The notes under the pieces were generated by a model, which searched no databases, was not told where the DNA came from, and was given only the letters and a program-made list of their open reading frames with translations. From Gammaproteobacteria bacterium (GTDB lineage: Bacteria > Pseudomonadota > Gammaproteobacteria > Burkholderiales > SG8-39), in NCBI GenBank assembly GCA_041496705.1, contig JBGQFD010000004.1, positions 6,321 through 70,320 of the forward strand: a DNA stretch of 64,000 bases, given 5' to 3'. This document shows, one piece after another, positions 1 to 9,323 of the stretch (position 1 is its first letter; each line of letters opens with the position of its first letter). A program made the translations under genes and the position numbers.

Positions 1-932
1 AGCTGGATTTTTTCTCCGGCCTCGACTCGATACGACTCGCGCGTCAGGAAGCGACGGAATGGAACCTTGGGGCACAGCAGTGCGCCGGCAAAGAAGCTGC
101 ACTCGAAATCGCGCCAGGCGTGCAGCACGTCTCGCGCGTTCATGCCGGCGGTGAATTCGGCGCCTTCCGGGCTGCCGCCCATTTCTCCGCCGGTGGCATG
201 CGCTGACTTGAATCCGTCGCCTTCGTGCAGCACCTTGTGGCCCAGGTGCGAGGCGAGGTCGAACTTGAGACGTGCCGGGTCGGCTTGCAATTCGCGATTC
301 AAGTATACGGTGTGCGGCGCTTCAAAAAACGAGCGCACCATGCTGCGCACTTCGCGATCCTTGTCGTGCGCGAGCACCGGCTTTCGGTCAAACCAGCGCA
401 GAGTCAGACCGTGGTGCTTGCAAAGATGCATCAGGTCGTCGGCGCCGAGCGGGAATTTTCTCTCGCCGACGCTTTCCGCCGATCGCTCGAGATCGGGAAA
501 GTCATTGCGCGACATCTCCTGATGCGAGCGAATCAGCAGATGCGCGAACTGCCGCCCGGTGGTGCCGGTTTGCGCCAGCAACTCGGGGATCGCCGCTTGC
601 AGCAGGTCCTTCGAAAACAGGAACGCGGGTTCGAGCGGCACACCCGCCACGCCGCCGGCGCGTTGTTTGGGTGCAGTGATTTCCGTTTCCGGATTGCCAT
701 CGAGAAACCAGCGTGGTTCACGTTGAAACAACGATGACAGCAACCCGAGTACGCTTTCTGACGGCACCCGCTTCCCGCTCTCGATCATGCTCAGGTAGGA
801 GACCGAGGGCGCGCTCTGCGAATCAAGTTGAATGCAGCGTGCCGACAGCTCTTCCAGGGTCAGACCATTGCGTTTGCGCAAGGCGCGCAACTTGGTGCCG
901 AGGAAGTGGCTCTTGCGGGTGTGTTGGGTCAT
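1..932 (-). CDS. XRE-family HTH regulator of the RamB / short-chain fatty acyl-CoA regulator type (C-terminus runs off the left edge)
   Basis: Absent from the ORF track because no stop lies in the window. Reverse complement from ATG 932..930 reads MTQHTRKSHFLGTKLRALRKRNGLTLEELSARCIQLDSQSAPSVSYLSMIESGKRVPSE... and stays open to position 1 (...ASHLGHKVLHEGDG...DFECSFFAGALLCPK...). Divergent from malate synthase. Confidence 0.85.
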   Translation of the reverse strand, partial: MTQHTRKSHFLGTKLRALRKRNGLTLEELSARCIQLDSQSAPSVSYLSMIESGKRVPSESVLGLLSSLFQREPRWFLDGNPETEITAPKQRAGGVAGVPLEPAFLFSKDLLQAAIPELLAQTGTTGRQFAHLLIRSHQEMSRNDFPDLERSAESVGERKFPLGADDLMHLCKHHGLTLRWFDRKPVLAHDKDREVRSMVRSFFEAPHTVYLNRELQADPARLKFDLASHLGHKVLHEGDGFKSAHATGGEMGGSPEGAEFTAGMNARDVLHAWRDFECSFFAGALLCPKVPFRRFLTRESYRVEAGEKIQ

Positions 933-937
933 GGGAG

Positions 938-962
938 AATGTGAAATTAACAATGTGAAATT
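938..962. promoter_or_regulatory. Two direct copies of AATGTGAAATT (938-948 and 952-962), operator-like, in the AT-rich divergent regulator/aceB region; perfect TATAAT at 992-997
   Basis: Read directly: gagAATGTGAAATTaacAATGTGAAATTtctgcagtaaaatttacacttccggtgccTATAATgcc. Confidence 0.5.
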
Positions 963-986
963 TCTGCAGTAAAATTTACACTTCCG

Positions 987-2618
987 GTGCCTATAATGCC
1001 TCGCATGAAGACAAATGTACATGCCATGCCGGCGCCGGAACTGGAACTGGAGTTCTTTGCGCCCCGGCTCGAACGGTCGGCAGAGGTGCTGACTCCCGCA
1101 GCGCTGGAGCTGGTCGTCGCACTGCATCGAAAATTCAACGGCCGCCGCCTCGAGCTGCTGGCCGCGCGCGCGCGGCGTCAAGAGGAACTGGATGCGGGTG
1201 GATTGCCGGAATTCTTGTCAAAAACCGCCGCAATACGCGCCGACAAGTGGCGCGTCGCGCCGGTGCCCGCGGATCTTCTGGATCGTCGCGTGGAAATTAC
1301 CGGACCGGTCGATCGCAAGATGATCATCAATGCGCTCAACGCGCCGGTGCAAGCGTTTATGGCCGACTTCGAGGACTCGTCCTCGCCGACCTGGGAAAAC
1401 ATGGTGAACGGGCAGATCAATCTGCGCGACGCCATCAACCGCAACATCAGCTACCTCGATGCCGTCAGTGGCAAGTCTTACCGGCTTGGTGCGCGCCTCG
1501 CCACGCTGATCGTGCGGCCGCGCGGGTGGCATCTACCCGAGAAGCACCTGCACATCGACGGCGAGCCGGTGTCGGCATCGCTGTTCGATTTCGGGATCTT
1601 TCTGGCGAACAACCACGAGTCGCTGGCGCGCGCCGGTACCGGTCCGTATTTCTACTTGCCGAAGATCGAAAGCCATCTGGAAGCCCGGCTGTGGAACGAG
1701 GTCTTCCTTGCGGCACAAGACGCGTTGGGTATGAAGCGCGGCACGATCAAAGCGACCGTGCTCATTGAAACGATACTGGCCGCGTTCGAAATGGACGAGA
1801 TTCTGTTCGAATTGCGCGAGCATTCCGCGGGACTCAATTGCGGCCGCTGGGATTACATCTTCAGCTTCATCAAGAAATTCCGTAACCGCCGCGACTGCGT
1901 GCTGCCGGACCGCGGCACCCTGACCATGGACAAGCTGTTTCTGAAGTCGTATGTCGATCTGCTGATCCAGACCTGTCATCGCCGCGGCGCACACGCGATG
2001 GGCGGCATGGCGGCACAGATTCCGATTCGCGACAACCCGCAAGCCAATGCAGCCGCCATGGCCAAGGTGCGCGCCGACAAGACGCGCGAAGCGCTGGCCG
2101 GTCATGACGGCACCTGGGTTGCCCATCCGGGACTGGCGCCGATTGCACTGGATGCCTTCAACGCGGTCATGTCCGGACCCAATCAACTGCGGGTGATGCG
2201 CGGCGATGTGCGGGTCAGCGCGGCGGATCTGGTGCGCATTCCGGACGGCGTCATCACCGAAGCGGGACTGCGGCAAAACATTCGCGTTGCCCTGCAATAC
2301 ATCGAGGCTTGGCTGCGCGGCTCTGGCTGTGTGCCGCTGTATGACTTGATGGAAGACGCTGCCACTGCGGAGATTTGCCGCGCACAACTGTGGCAATGGA
2401 TACGCCACGAAGCTCGCATGGACAACGGCGCGACCGTGACTGCCGAGCGATTCGATCTGCTGCTCGGCGCCGAGCTTGAACAAGTGCATCGTGAAGTCGG
2501 CATTGCCAGAGTCCAATCTGGAGCTTTCCCTACGGCGGTGCGTTTGTTCAGTTCGATGGTCAAGAACGACAGCTTCGACGAATTCCTGACCTTGCCTGCC
2601 TACAATTTCTTGCCTTGA
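987..2618 (+). CDS. aceB: Malate synthase A
   Basis: 543-aa ORF. Segments such as RRVEITGPVDRKMIINALNAPVQAFMADFEDSSSPTWENMVNGQINLRDA and GLNCGRWDYIFS match AceB as I recall it over the full length. In-frame starts are GTG 987 and ATG 996/1005/1026; the true start is probably 1005 or 1026. Confidence 0.93.
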   Translation: MPIMPRMKTNVHAMPAPELELEFFAPRLERSAEVLTPAALELVVALHRKFNGRRLELLAARARRQEELDAGGLPEFLSKTAAIRADKWRVAPVPADLLDRRVEITGPVDRKMIINALNAPVQAFMADFEDSSSPTWENMVNGQINLRDAINRNISYLDAVSGKSYRLGARLATLIVRPRGWHLPEKHLHIDGEPVSASLFDFGIFLANNHESLARAGTGPYFYLPKIESHLEARLWNEVFLAAQDALGMKRGTIKATVLIETILAAFEMDEILFELREHSAGLNCGRWDYIFSFIKKFRNRRDCVLPDRGTLTMDKLFLKSYVDLLIQTCHRRGAHAMGGMAAQIPIRDNPQANAAAMAKVRADKTREALAGHDGTWVAHPGLAPIALDAFNAVMSGPNQLRVMRGDVRVSAADLVRIPDGVITEAGLRQNIRVALQYIEAWLRGSGCVPLYDLMEDAATAEICRAQLWQWIRHEARMDNGATVTAERFDLLLGAELEQVHREVGIARVQSGAFPTAVRLFSSMVKNDSFDEFLTLPAYNFLP

Positions 2619-2649
2619 CGAACCGATTTCTGAGCGGAGGGCCCAAGTC

Positions 2650-3756
2650 GTGAAATACAACGTACTCATTCTGGGAGCCTCGTACGGCTCGTTGTTCGGC
2701 ACGAAGTTGCTGCTGGCCGGGCACCGGGTTTCTCTGGTCTGCACCAAGGCGACCGCCGAGCTGATCAACCGTGAAGGGACCCGGGTGCGCTTCCCGGTCC
2801 GGGGTCGGGAGCCGCTGCTCGAGATCGCATCGAATGGACTTGCGGGCGTACTTTCCGCGAGCACGCCCGACGCGGTTGACCCTGGCGAATTCGACCTGGT
2901 CGTCCTCGGCATGCAGGAGGCCCAGTACGGCTCGCGAGGAGTTCGGGAGTTGATGGGCCGCCTCGCCCGATCGCGCAAGCCCTGCTTGGCGATCATGAAC
3001 ATGCCGCCTTTGCCCTATCTCAAACGTATTCCCGGGCTGTCAACGGGACCTCTGGAGGTTTGCTATGCGGATCCCCGGGTCTGGGAGGGCTTCGAACCCG
3101 GGTTGACCACGCTGGCGAGTCCCGATCCCCAGGCATTTCGCCCGCCGGATCAGCCCAAGAACGTTCTTCAGGTCGGCTTGCCGACCAATTTCAAGGCGGC
3201 GCGCTTCGACGCCGAGGAACCGACCGCGTTGCTTCGGAATCTCGAGGCCGACATCGAGGCAGCCCGGTTCCACTCCAACGACGGTGCCACGGAAATTCCG
3301 GTGAAACTCAAAGTGCACGACTCGATCTTCGTGCCGCTGGCCAAGTGGCCGATGTTGATGACGGGCAACTACCGCTGCATCCGGCCGCACGACATGATCC
3401 CCATCAAAGAGGCGGTGCACGGGGACGTCGAGAGATCCCGGGAGATCTACGACTGGGTCGCGAAACTCTGTGCCGGGCTGGGCGCGGAGTCTGCCGACCT
3501 GGTTCCTTTCGAGAAGTACGCCAAGGCCGCCGAGAGCCTGGGCAAACCCTCTTCCGCAGCGCGCGCGCTTTTTGGCGGCGCCGAGCACATCGAGCGGGTC
3601 GACAGCCTGGTTCGACGCATCGCCCGCCAGCTGGGCCTTCAGTCCGACCCGCTGCACGAGATTGTCGCGCTGGTGGATGAGCGCCTCGGAAGAAACCGCT
3701 CCGCCGCCGAACGGCGGCTCTTTGACTCGGCCGTCGTGCCCGCGATGGCGGGGTGA
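2650..3756 (+). CDS. NAD(P)-binding oxidoreductase-like protein (ketopantoate reductase/ApbA-like N-terminus), function unknown
   Basis: GTG start 8 nt after GGAGGG. N-terminus MKYNVLILGASYGSLFGTKLLLAGH is a Rossmann dinucleotide-binding fold. The rest is not assignable by eye. Confidence 0.6.
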   Translation: MKYNVLILGASYGSLFGTKLLLAGHRVSLVCTKATAELINREGTRVRFPVRGREPLLEIASNGLAGVLSASTPDAVDPGEFDLVVLGMQEAQYGSRGVRELMGRLARSRKPCLAIMNMPPLPYLKRIPGLSTGPLEVCYADPRVWEGFEPGLTTLASPDPQAFRPPDQPKNVLQVGLPTNFKAARFDAEEPTALLRNLEADIEAARFHSNDGATEIPVKLKVHDSIFVPLAKWPMLMTGNYRCIRPHDMIPIKEAVHGDVERSREIYDWVAKLCAGLGAESADLVPFEKYAKAAESLGKPSSAARALFGGAEHIERVDSLVRRIARQLGLQSDPLHEIVALVDERLGRNRSAAERRLFDSAVVPAMAG

Positions 3757-3799
3757 GCGGCCTTCGGGACTGCGCTACGCCGATCAGGGCGCCCGCGCC

Positions 3800-4360
3800 C
3801 TAGTGAGCAGGCTGAAGCGCGAGGTAGATTAAGAGCGCCACGAGCAGGGTGCCCGCCACCCACCACGCCGGATGAATCCCCCGGTTCCTGGCAGGCACTG
3901 CCTCCTTGGGTTTGACGGCAGGCCCGGCGAGCTTCTCGTTGAACGCGGCAAAGAAGTCGTCTGCCATCTTTCTTGCGACGCCGTCGATGAGGCGCGATCC
4001 GACCTGCGCGAGCTTGCCACCCACGCTGGCGCTCGCGGTGTAGCGGAGGCGGGTTGCGCCGCCTTCGGACTGCAGCGAAACTTTGGCGCCGCCCTTGCCG
4101 AATCCGGCGGCGCCACCCGAGCCTTCGAACGACAGGGAATACGAATTCGGCGGGTTCAGGTCGGCGAGCAGCAGCTTGCCGGAGAATTTCGCCTTGACTG
4201 GCCCGACGGCCGCGGTTATGGCCACCTTGTACTCGGAGTCGGAGACTCTCTCGATCGAGTCGCATCCGGCGATGCACGCCTTGAGCACCTTGGGGTCGTT
4301 CAGCGCCCGCCAGACTTCGGCCTGCGCCACGGGGATCAGTTGTTCGCCGGTCATTTCCAT
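3800..4360 (-). CDS. CoxG/SRPBCC family protein with C-terminal membrane anchor
   Basis: MEMTGEQLIPVAQAEVWRALNDPKVLKACIAGCDSIERVSD...KFSGKLLLADLNPPNSY is the CoxG (carbon monoxide dehydrogenase subunit G-like) pattern. Hydrophobic tail WWVAGTLLVALLIYLAL. Confidence 0.8.
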   Translation of the reverse strand: MEMTGEQLIPVAQAEVWRALNDPKVLKACIAGCDSIERVSDSEYKVAITAAVGPVKAKFSGKLLLADLNPPNSYSLSFEGSGGAAGFGKGGAKVSLQSEGGATRLRYTASASVGGKLAQVGSRLIDGVARKMADDFFAAFNEKLAGPAVKPKEAVPARNRGIHPAWWVAGTLLVALLIYLALQPAH

Positions 4361-4447
4361 GGGGATTCCGTTCCTGTATGCGGCACGTTCGGCCGGGTGG
4401 CCGGAGTAAGGCTATTCTAGCGCGCCGCTCGGGTAAAATAGCGCCCT

Positions 4448-5467
4448 GTGAAGCTTGCCCGTTCGCCCCGCCCACTTCGCGTGCGTACCCGCACTCGAGC
4501 ACGCGCCCTGATGCTCGTCGCTGCCGCCGCATTCGGCGTCGCCGCGGCGGCGCCCGCGACTTCGCAGACCTGGCCCGCCAAGACGGTGCGCATCATCGTC
4601 CCGTTCGCACCCGGAGGCACGGCCGACACGCTGGGCCGGCTGGTCGCGCAGAAGCTGGGCGAAAGCCTCAAGGAAAATTTCGTCATCGAGAACCGCGGCG
4701 GCGCCGGCGGCGTCATCGGCTCGGAAATCGTCGCCAGGGCCGTCCCGGATGGCTACACGCTGCTGGTTTCCGGGGTCGCCTCGCACTGCATCGCACCGGC
4801 CCTGTCGAAGAAGTTCCCATTCGATCCGGTGCGGGACTTCTCGCACATCGCGCTGTTCGGCGGGCCGCCCGGCGTGCTCGTTGTGAACCCGGCGCTGCCG
4901 ACGCAGGACCTGAAGCAGTTAATTGCCTACGCACGGAACAATCCAGGGAAACTCGCCTACGGCTCGCCGGGCAACGGCACCCAGGGGCACCTGATCGCCG
5001 AGCAGTTGAAGCAGGTGACGGGCATTCAGATGACCCATGTTCCCTACAAGGGGGCGAGCCTCGCCGTCGCCGACCTGATCGCCGGGCACCTGCCGGTGAC
5101 TTCCACCACGCTGACTACCGCGGCCACCCAGATCAAGGCTGGCAGGGCACGCGCGCTGGCGGTGAGCTCGGCGATTCGCGTTCCTGATTTTCCCGAGGTG
5201 CCGACCTTCGCCGAGCTGGGCTACCCGGAACTGACCGCGTCCATCTGGTTTTCGCTCTCGGGTCCGCCGGGTCTCGCGCCGGAGGTCGTCGCCCGCCTGA
5301 ACACCGAGGTGCGTCGCGTGTTGAAGCTTGCGGACGTGCGCGAGCGCCTGCGGCCCGAAGGCATCGAGCCGGGGGACCTCGATCCTCAGCAGTTCACGGC
5401 GTTCCTGGCCGCCGAGCTCACGCGTTGGGGGCCGATCGTGCGCGCTTCCGGGGCGACCGCCGACTGA
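4448..5467 (+). CDS. Bug/TctC-family tripartite tricarboxylate transporter substrate-binding receptor
   Basis: GTG start, Arg-rich signal peptide, then KTVRIIVPFAPGGTADTLGR..., the Bug family hallmark. No TctA/TctB membrane partners in the window. Confidence 0.88.
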   Translation: MKLARSPRPLRVRTRTRARALMLVAAAAFGVAAAAPATSQTWPAKTVRIIVPFAPGGTADTLGRLVAQKLGESLKENFVIENRGGAGGVIGSEIVARAVPDGYTLLVSGVASHCIAPALSKKFPFDPVRDFSHIALFGGPPGVLVVNPALPTQDLKQLIAYARNNPGKLAYGSPGNGTQGHLIAEQLKQVTGIQMTHVPYKGASLAVADLIAGHLPVTSTTLTTAATQIKAGRARALAVSSAIRVPDFPEVPTFAELGYPELTASIWFSLSGPPGLAPEVVARLNTEVRRVLKLADVRERLRPEGIEPGDLDPQQFTAFLAAELTRWGPIVRASGATAD

Positions 5468-5499
5468 TTTTCCGCATTCGCTGATTCGAGGATCGAACC

Positions 5500-6774
5500 A
5501 TGTTGACCCAGGGACAGAACGACCAATTGACCCGCACCGATCGCGGCACGCTGATGGGCGATCTGTTCCGCCGTTACTGGATTCCCGCCCTGCACAGCTG
5601 GGAACTCGCCGAACCCGACAGCGATCCGGTGCGCGTTCAGCTGCTCGGCGAGAAGCTCGTAGCCTTCCGCGACACCCGGGGTCGCGTCGGCGTCATCGAC
5701 GAGTTCTGCGCGCACCGCGGCGTGTCGCTGTGGTTCGGCCGCAACGAGGACTGCGGGCTGCGCTGCCCGTACCACGGCTGGAAATACGACGTGAACGGGC
5801 AGTGCACGGACCTTCCTTCGGAGCTGGGCATGGCGGCCAACATCAAGCTGAAGTCGTACCCGGTGATCGAGCGGGGCGACGTGGTCTGGATCTACATGGG
5901 GCCGCCGGAGCTGCAGCCTGCGCCGCCGGAGCTCGAATGGGCGATGGTTTCCTCGGGGAAGCGCTTCGTGTCCAAGCGCGTGCAGGAGTGCAACTACCTG
6001 CAGGCGATCGAGGGTGGCATCGATTCCAGTCACGTGTCCTTCCTGCACTCGGGTGAACTCAACACCGATCCGCTGTTCAAGGGCAGCCGCGCCAACCAGT
6101 ACAATCTCGACGACCGCATGCCGGTGTTCGAAGTGGTGGATTTCGAAGGCGGCCTGCTGATCGGCGCACGGCGCAACGCCGACAAGGGGCGCTACTATTG
6201 GCGCATCACGCCCTGGATCATGCCCTGGTACACCATCATCGCGCCGCGCGCGGGCCATCCCATCGGCGCGCACGCCTGGGTGCCGATCGACGACGAGAAC
6301 TGCTGGGCCTGGAGCATCAACTACCACCCGAGCCGCGCGCTGTCGGCCACCGAGGTGAGCGCGATGAAGGACGGCGCCGGCATCCACGTTAAATACATCC
6401 CTGGCACCTTCATTCCGCTGGCGAACAAGTCGAACAACTACCTCATCGACCGCTCGGCGCAAAAGCTCGGCCGCTCGTACAGCGGCGTGGAAGGTATCGC
6501 CATGCAAGACGCATCGCTGCAGGAATCGATGGGCCCTATCCAGGACCGCACGCGCGAGCACCTGTGCCTCACCGACAAGGGCATCGTCGGCATGCGCAGC
6601 CGCCTGCTACGCGCCGCCAAGGCCGCGCGCGAGGGCAAGAGCGTGCCGGGGCTGGAGCCCGCCTCGCAGCGCGTGCGCTCGTGCGCGATCGAGCTGCCGG
6701 TCGGCGAGCACTACAAGGACGGCGCGAAACACGGCCTGTTCCCGGCGCTCGATTCCGAGCCGGTGACCGTCTAG
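5500..6774 (+). CDS. Rieske [2Fe-2S] aromatic ring-hydroxylating oxygenase, phthalate-family single-subunit type
   Basis: Rieske ligand pairs CAHRG...CPYHGWKYD. N-terminus LMGDLFRRYWIPAL...DPVRVQLLGEKLVAFRD is typical of phthalate 4,5-dioxygenase/VanA-like oxygenases. GAGGA RBS before ATG 5500. Confidence 0.88.
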   Translation: MLTQGQNDQLTRTDRGTLMGDLFRRYWIPALHSWELAEPDSDPVRVQLLGEKLVAFRDTRGRVGVIDEFCAHRGVSLWFGRNEDCGLRCPYHGWKYDVNGQCTDLPSELGMAANIKLKSYPVIERGDVVWIYMGPPELQPAPPELEWAMVSSGKRFVSKRVQECNYLQAIEGGIDSSHVSFLHSGELNTDPLFKGSRANQYNLDDRMPVFEVVDFEGGLLIGARRNADKGRYYWRITPWIMPWYTIIAPRAGHPIGAHAWVPIDDENCWAWSINYHPSRALSATEVSAMKDGAGIHVKYIPGTFIPLANKSNNYLIDRSAQKLGRSYSGVEGIAMQDASLQESMGPIQDRTREHLCLTDKGIVGMRSRLLRAAKAAREGKSVPGLEPASQRVRSCAIELPVGEHYKDGAKHGLFPALDSEPVTV

Positions 6775-6844
6775 GACGCAGCGAGGCGACGTGAGCGACC
6801 GGGCCCTGCGTGCCCCGGGGCGCTCCGTATCGCGGTGACGTTTC

Positions 6845-7837
6845 ATGCCGAAGCTCAGCCTCTCCCTCGCCTGCTGGGACTACGACCGCACCCGCGCGCT
6901 CGCGGATGGAAGCGTACGGCCCGAGGGCATCGAGGTCAACTACCAGAATCTCTTCGTCGAAGAGACCTTCTTCCGCATGCTGCGCAACCGCGAGTTCGAC
7001 GCGGCGGAGATGTCGCTGTCCTCGTACTGCGTGTCGCTGATGCGCGACGAGCCCGCCTTCATCGCCATCCCGGTGTTTCCCTCGCGTTTCTTCAGGCACT
7101 CGTGCATTTTCGTTTCGGCGAAGAGCGGCATCCGCGAGCCGAAAGACCTCGCCGGGAAGCGGATCGGCGTTCCCGAGTACCAGATGACCGCGCCGGTGTG
7201 GATCCGCGGCATCCTGCAGGACGAGTACGGCGTCGATCCGGCGAGCCCCGAGTACTGGTCTGGCGGCGAGGAGGAGCCCGGTCGCGACGAGAAGCTGAAG
7301 CTCGATCTGCCGGCGAAATTCAGGCTGAAGGCAATCGGCCCAGCGCAGACTCTCTCGCGCATGGTCGCGGCGGGCGAAATCGACGCCCTGCACACGGCGC
7401 GCGCGCCCTCGACGTTTTATTCGCAACCGACCGCAGTGAAGCGCCTGTTCGGGGATTTCGTCGAGGTGGAGAAAGCCTACTACCGCAAGACCAAGATCTT
7501 CCCCATCATGCATACGCTGGTGATCCGCCGCGAACTCTACGAGGCGAACCGCTGGATCGCCCAGTCGCTCTTCAAGGCGTTCGTGCAGGCGCAGCGCAGG
7601 ACCTACGACCACCTCAACACCACCATGGCAAACGCCACCATGCTCCCCTGGCAGGCGGCGCACGTCGAAGAGGCGCGCCGCGAGTTCGGCGAGGACTGGT
7701 GGCCTTACGGTGTCGCTCCCAACCGGCACGTGCTCGACACGTTCCTGCGCTATCACCACGAGCAGGGCCTGTCGAAGCGTAGACTGGGGGTCGAAGAACT
7801 GTTCGCGCCGGAGACGCGGGAGTCTTTCCGCGTCTGA
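6845..7837 (+). CDS. 4,5-dihydroxyphthalate decarboxylase (PhtD)-like protein, cytosolic periplasmic-binding-protein fold
   Basis: MPKLSLSLACWDYDRTRALADGSVRPEGIEVNYQNLFVEETFFRMLRNREFDAAEMSLSSY matches the PhtD-like family as recalled. No signal peptide. Confidence 0.75.
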   Translation: MPKLSLSLACWDYDRTRALADGSVRPEGIEVNYQNLFVEETFFRMLRNREFDAAEMSLSSYCVSLMRDEPAFIAIPVFPSRFFRHSCIFVSAKSGIREPKDLAGKRIGVPEYQMTAPVWIRGILQDEYGVDPASPEYWSGGEEEPGRDEKLKLDLPAKFRLKAIGPAQTLSRMVAAGEIDALHTARAPSTFYSQPTAVKRLFGDFVEVEKAYYRKTKIFPIMHTLVIRRELYEANRWIAQSLFKAFVQAQRRTYDHLNTTMANATMLPWQAAHVEEARREFGEDWWPYGVAPNRHVLDTFLRYHHEQGLSKRRLGVEELFAPETRESFRV

Positions 7838-7885
7838 CGCACGGCAATCTGCCGAATTCCGCCGGGATTTGAACGGGAGGGAAAA

Positions 7886-8329
7886 ATGAAACCCAAATGG
7901 GCAGACGGCCTCCGCCAGGACGTCGACGAGATTGCACACGCGCTCGGCAACGTGCTGGTCGATGCCTTTCACCTTCTTGCATTGTTCGCCATCGGAGCCG
8001 CGACGGTGTGGGCGGCGGTCGTGGCCTTCCTCGGCATGACGGCGAAGGGACACGCATCGATCGACGACATCCTGCTCCTATTCATTTACCTAGAGCTCGG
8101 TGCCATGGTCGGCATCTACTTCAAGACCAACCACATGCCCGTGCGCTTCCTCATCTACGTGGCGATGACCGCCCTGACGCGGCTGCTGATTTCGGACGTG
8201 CAGTCGCACCATGTGCCCGACATGGGCATCGTGCTGGTCGCGGGGGCGATCCTGCTGCTCGCGTTTGCAACGCTGGTGATCCGCTATGCGTCTTCCAAGT
8301 TTCCGTCGGCGCATTCGAGCGAGAAGTAA
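7886..8329 (+). CDS. PsiE (phosphate-starvation-inducible protein E) family membrane protein
   Basis: 147 aa, four hydrophobic segments, LLLFIYLELGAMVGIYFKTNHMPVRFLIYVAMTAL motif region. GGGAGGG RBS. Confidence 0.7.
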   Translation: MKPKWADGLRQDVDEIAHALGNVLVDAFHLLALFAIGAATVWAAVVAFLGMTAKGHASIDDILLLFIYLELGAMVGIYFKTNHMPVRFLIYVAMTALTRLLISDVQSHHVPDMGIVLVAGAILLLAFATLVIRYASSKFPSAHSSEK

Positions 8330-8339
8330 AGGAGGACAG

Positions 8340-9323
8340 GTGCCTTCGAACGAGCGCAGGAAATTTCTCGGCGCCGGCGCGGCGACCGCGATGATGGCCG
8401 CCGCTGGCAACGCGCTCGCGCAGCAGGCGCCGGCGCAGCGCGCCAAAGGCCCGCGCGTGTGGCTGGACCTCGACCAGAAGGAACTCGACGACGCCTACGA
8501 CCAGAGCGTCTACGCGCCGAACCAGCCGCAGGTCACCGGCCGCTACGCAACCAACAGCGAGGTGACGCGCTCGCGCCTGGGGGCGCCACGGCGTTTCGCC
8601 TACGGACCGGCGCCGGCCGAGGGGCTGGACGTCTTCGCGGCGAAGCGGCCGAATGCTCCGATCAACGTATTCGTGCACGGCGGCGCCTGGCGCGGCGGCC
8701 TGGCGAAAAACTACGCCTTCCTCGCGGAACTGTTCGTCAACGCGGGCGCGCACTTTGTCGTGCTCGACTTCGCCAGCGTCGCGGAGCTCGGCGGAAACCT
8801 GTTGCTGATGGCCGAGCAGGTGAGGCGCGCGGTTGCGTGGGTGCGGCGTCACGCCGCCGAGTTTGGCGGCGACGCGGAGCGGATCCATGTTTCCGGCCAC
8901 TCCTCGGGCGCGCATCTCGCGGGGACCGTGCTCCTGACCGACTGGAAGAAAGAATTCGATCTGTCGGCCGACACGCTCAAGGGGGCGCTGCTGTGCAGCG
9001 GCATGTACGACCTGAAGCCGGTGCGGCTTTCGGCGCGCAGTTCCTACGTCAAGTTCACCGACGCAATGGAAGACGCGCTGAGCACGCAGCGCCACCTCGC
9101 GCGGATCGGCTGCCCGGTGATCGTCGCGCACGGCACCCAGGAAACACCAGAGTTCCAGCGCCAGACACGCGACTTTGCCACAGCGCTCAAAGTCGCCGGG
9201 AAGCCCGTGCAGCTGCTCGTCGGGCAGGGCTACAACCATTTCGAGATGCTGGAGACGCTCGCCAGCCCCTATGGTCTGCTCGGCCGCGCGGTACTGGAGC
9301 AGATGAAACTTGTCCCGGCGTAG
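8340..9323 (+). CDS. Tat-exported alpha/beta hydrolase (esterase/arylformamidase-like)
   Basis: Start moved to GTG 8340, just after AAGGAGGA. Twin-arginine signal ERRKFLGAGAATAMM. Oxyanion VFVHGGAWRGG and nucleophile elbow GHSSGAH. Confidence 0.8.
   Translation: MPSNERRKFLGAGAATAMMAAAGNALAQQAPAQRAKGPRVWLDLDQKELDDAYDQSVYAPNQPQVTGRYATNSEVTRSRLGAPRRFAYGPAPAEGLDVFAAKRPNAPINVFVHGGAWRGGLAKNYAFLAELFVNAGAHFVVLDFASVAELGGNLLLMAEQVRRAVAWVRRHAAEFGGDAERIHVSGHSSGAHLAGTVLLTDWKKEFDLSADTLKGALLCSGMYDLKPVRLSARSSYVKFTDAMEDALSTQRHLARIGCPVIVAHGTQETPEFQRQTRDFATALKVAGKPVQLLVGQGYNHFEMLETLASPYGLLGRAVLEQMKLVPA

Noticed and set aside
1533-3002. 489-aa minus ORF and many similar long ORFs (for example 6569..8053 -, 8151..9332 -, 11868..13514 +, 13646..14827 -, 15326..16453 -, 17377..18405 +, 19882..20850 -, 21620..22756 -, 39174..40964 -, 42036..43097 -, 51279..52226 +)
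   Set aside because: All overlap better-supported genes on the opposite strand or in another frame, and all have the Arg/Ala/Gly/Pro-dominated composition of non-coding frames in GC-rich DNA.
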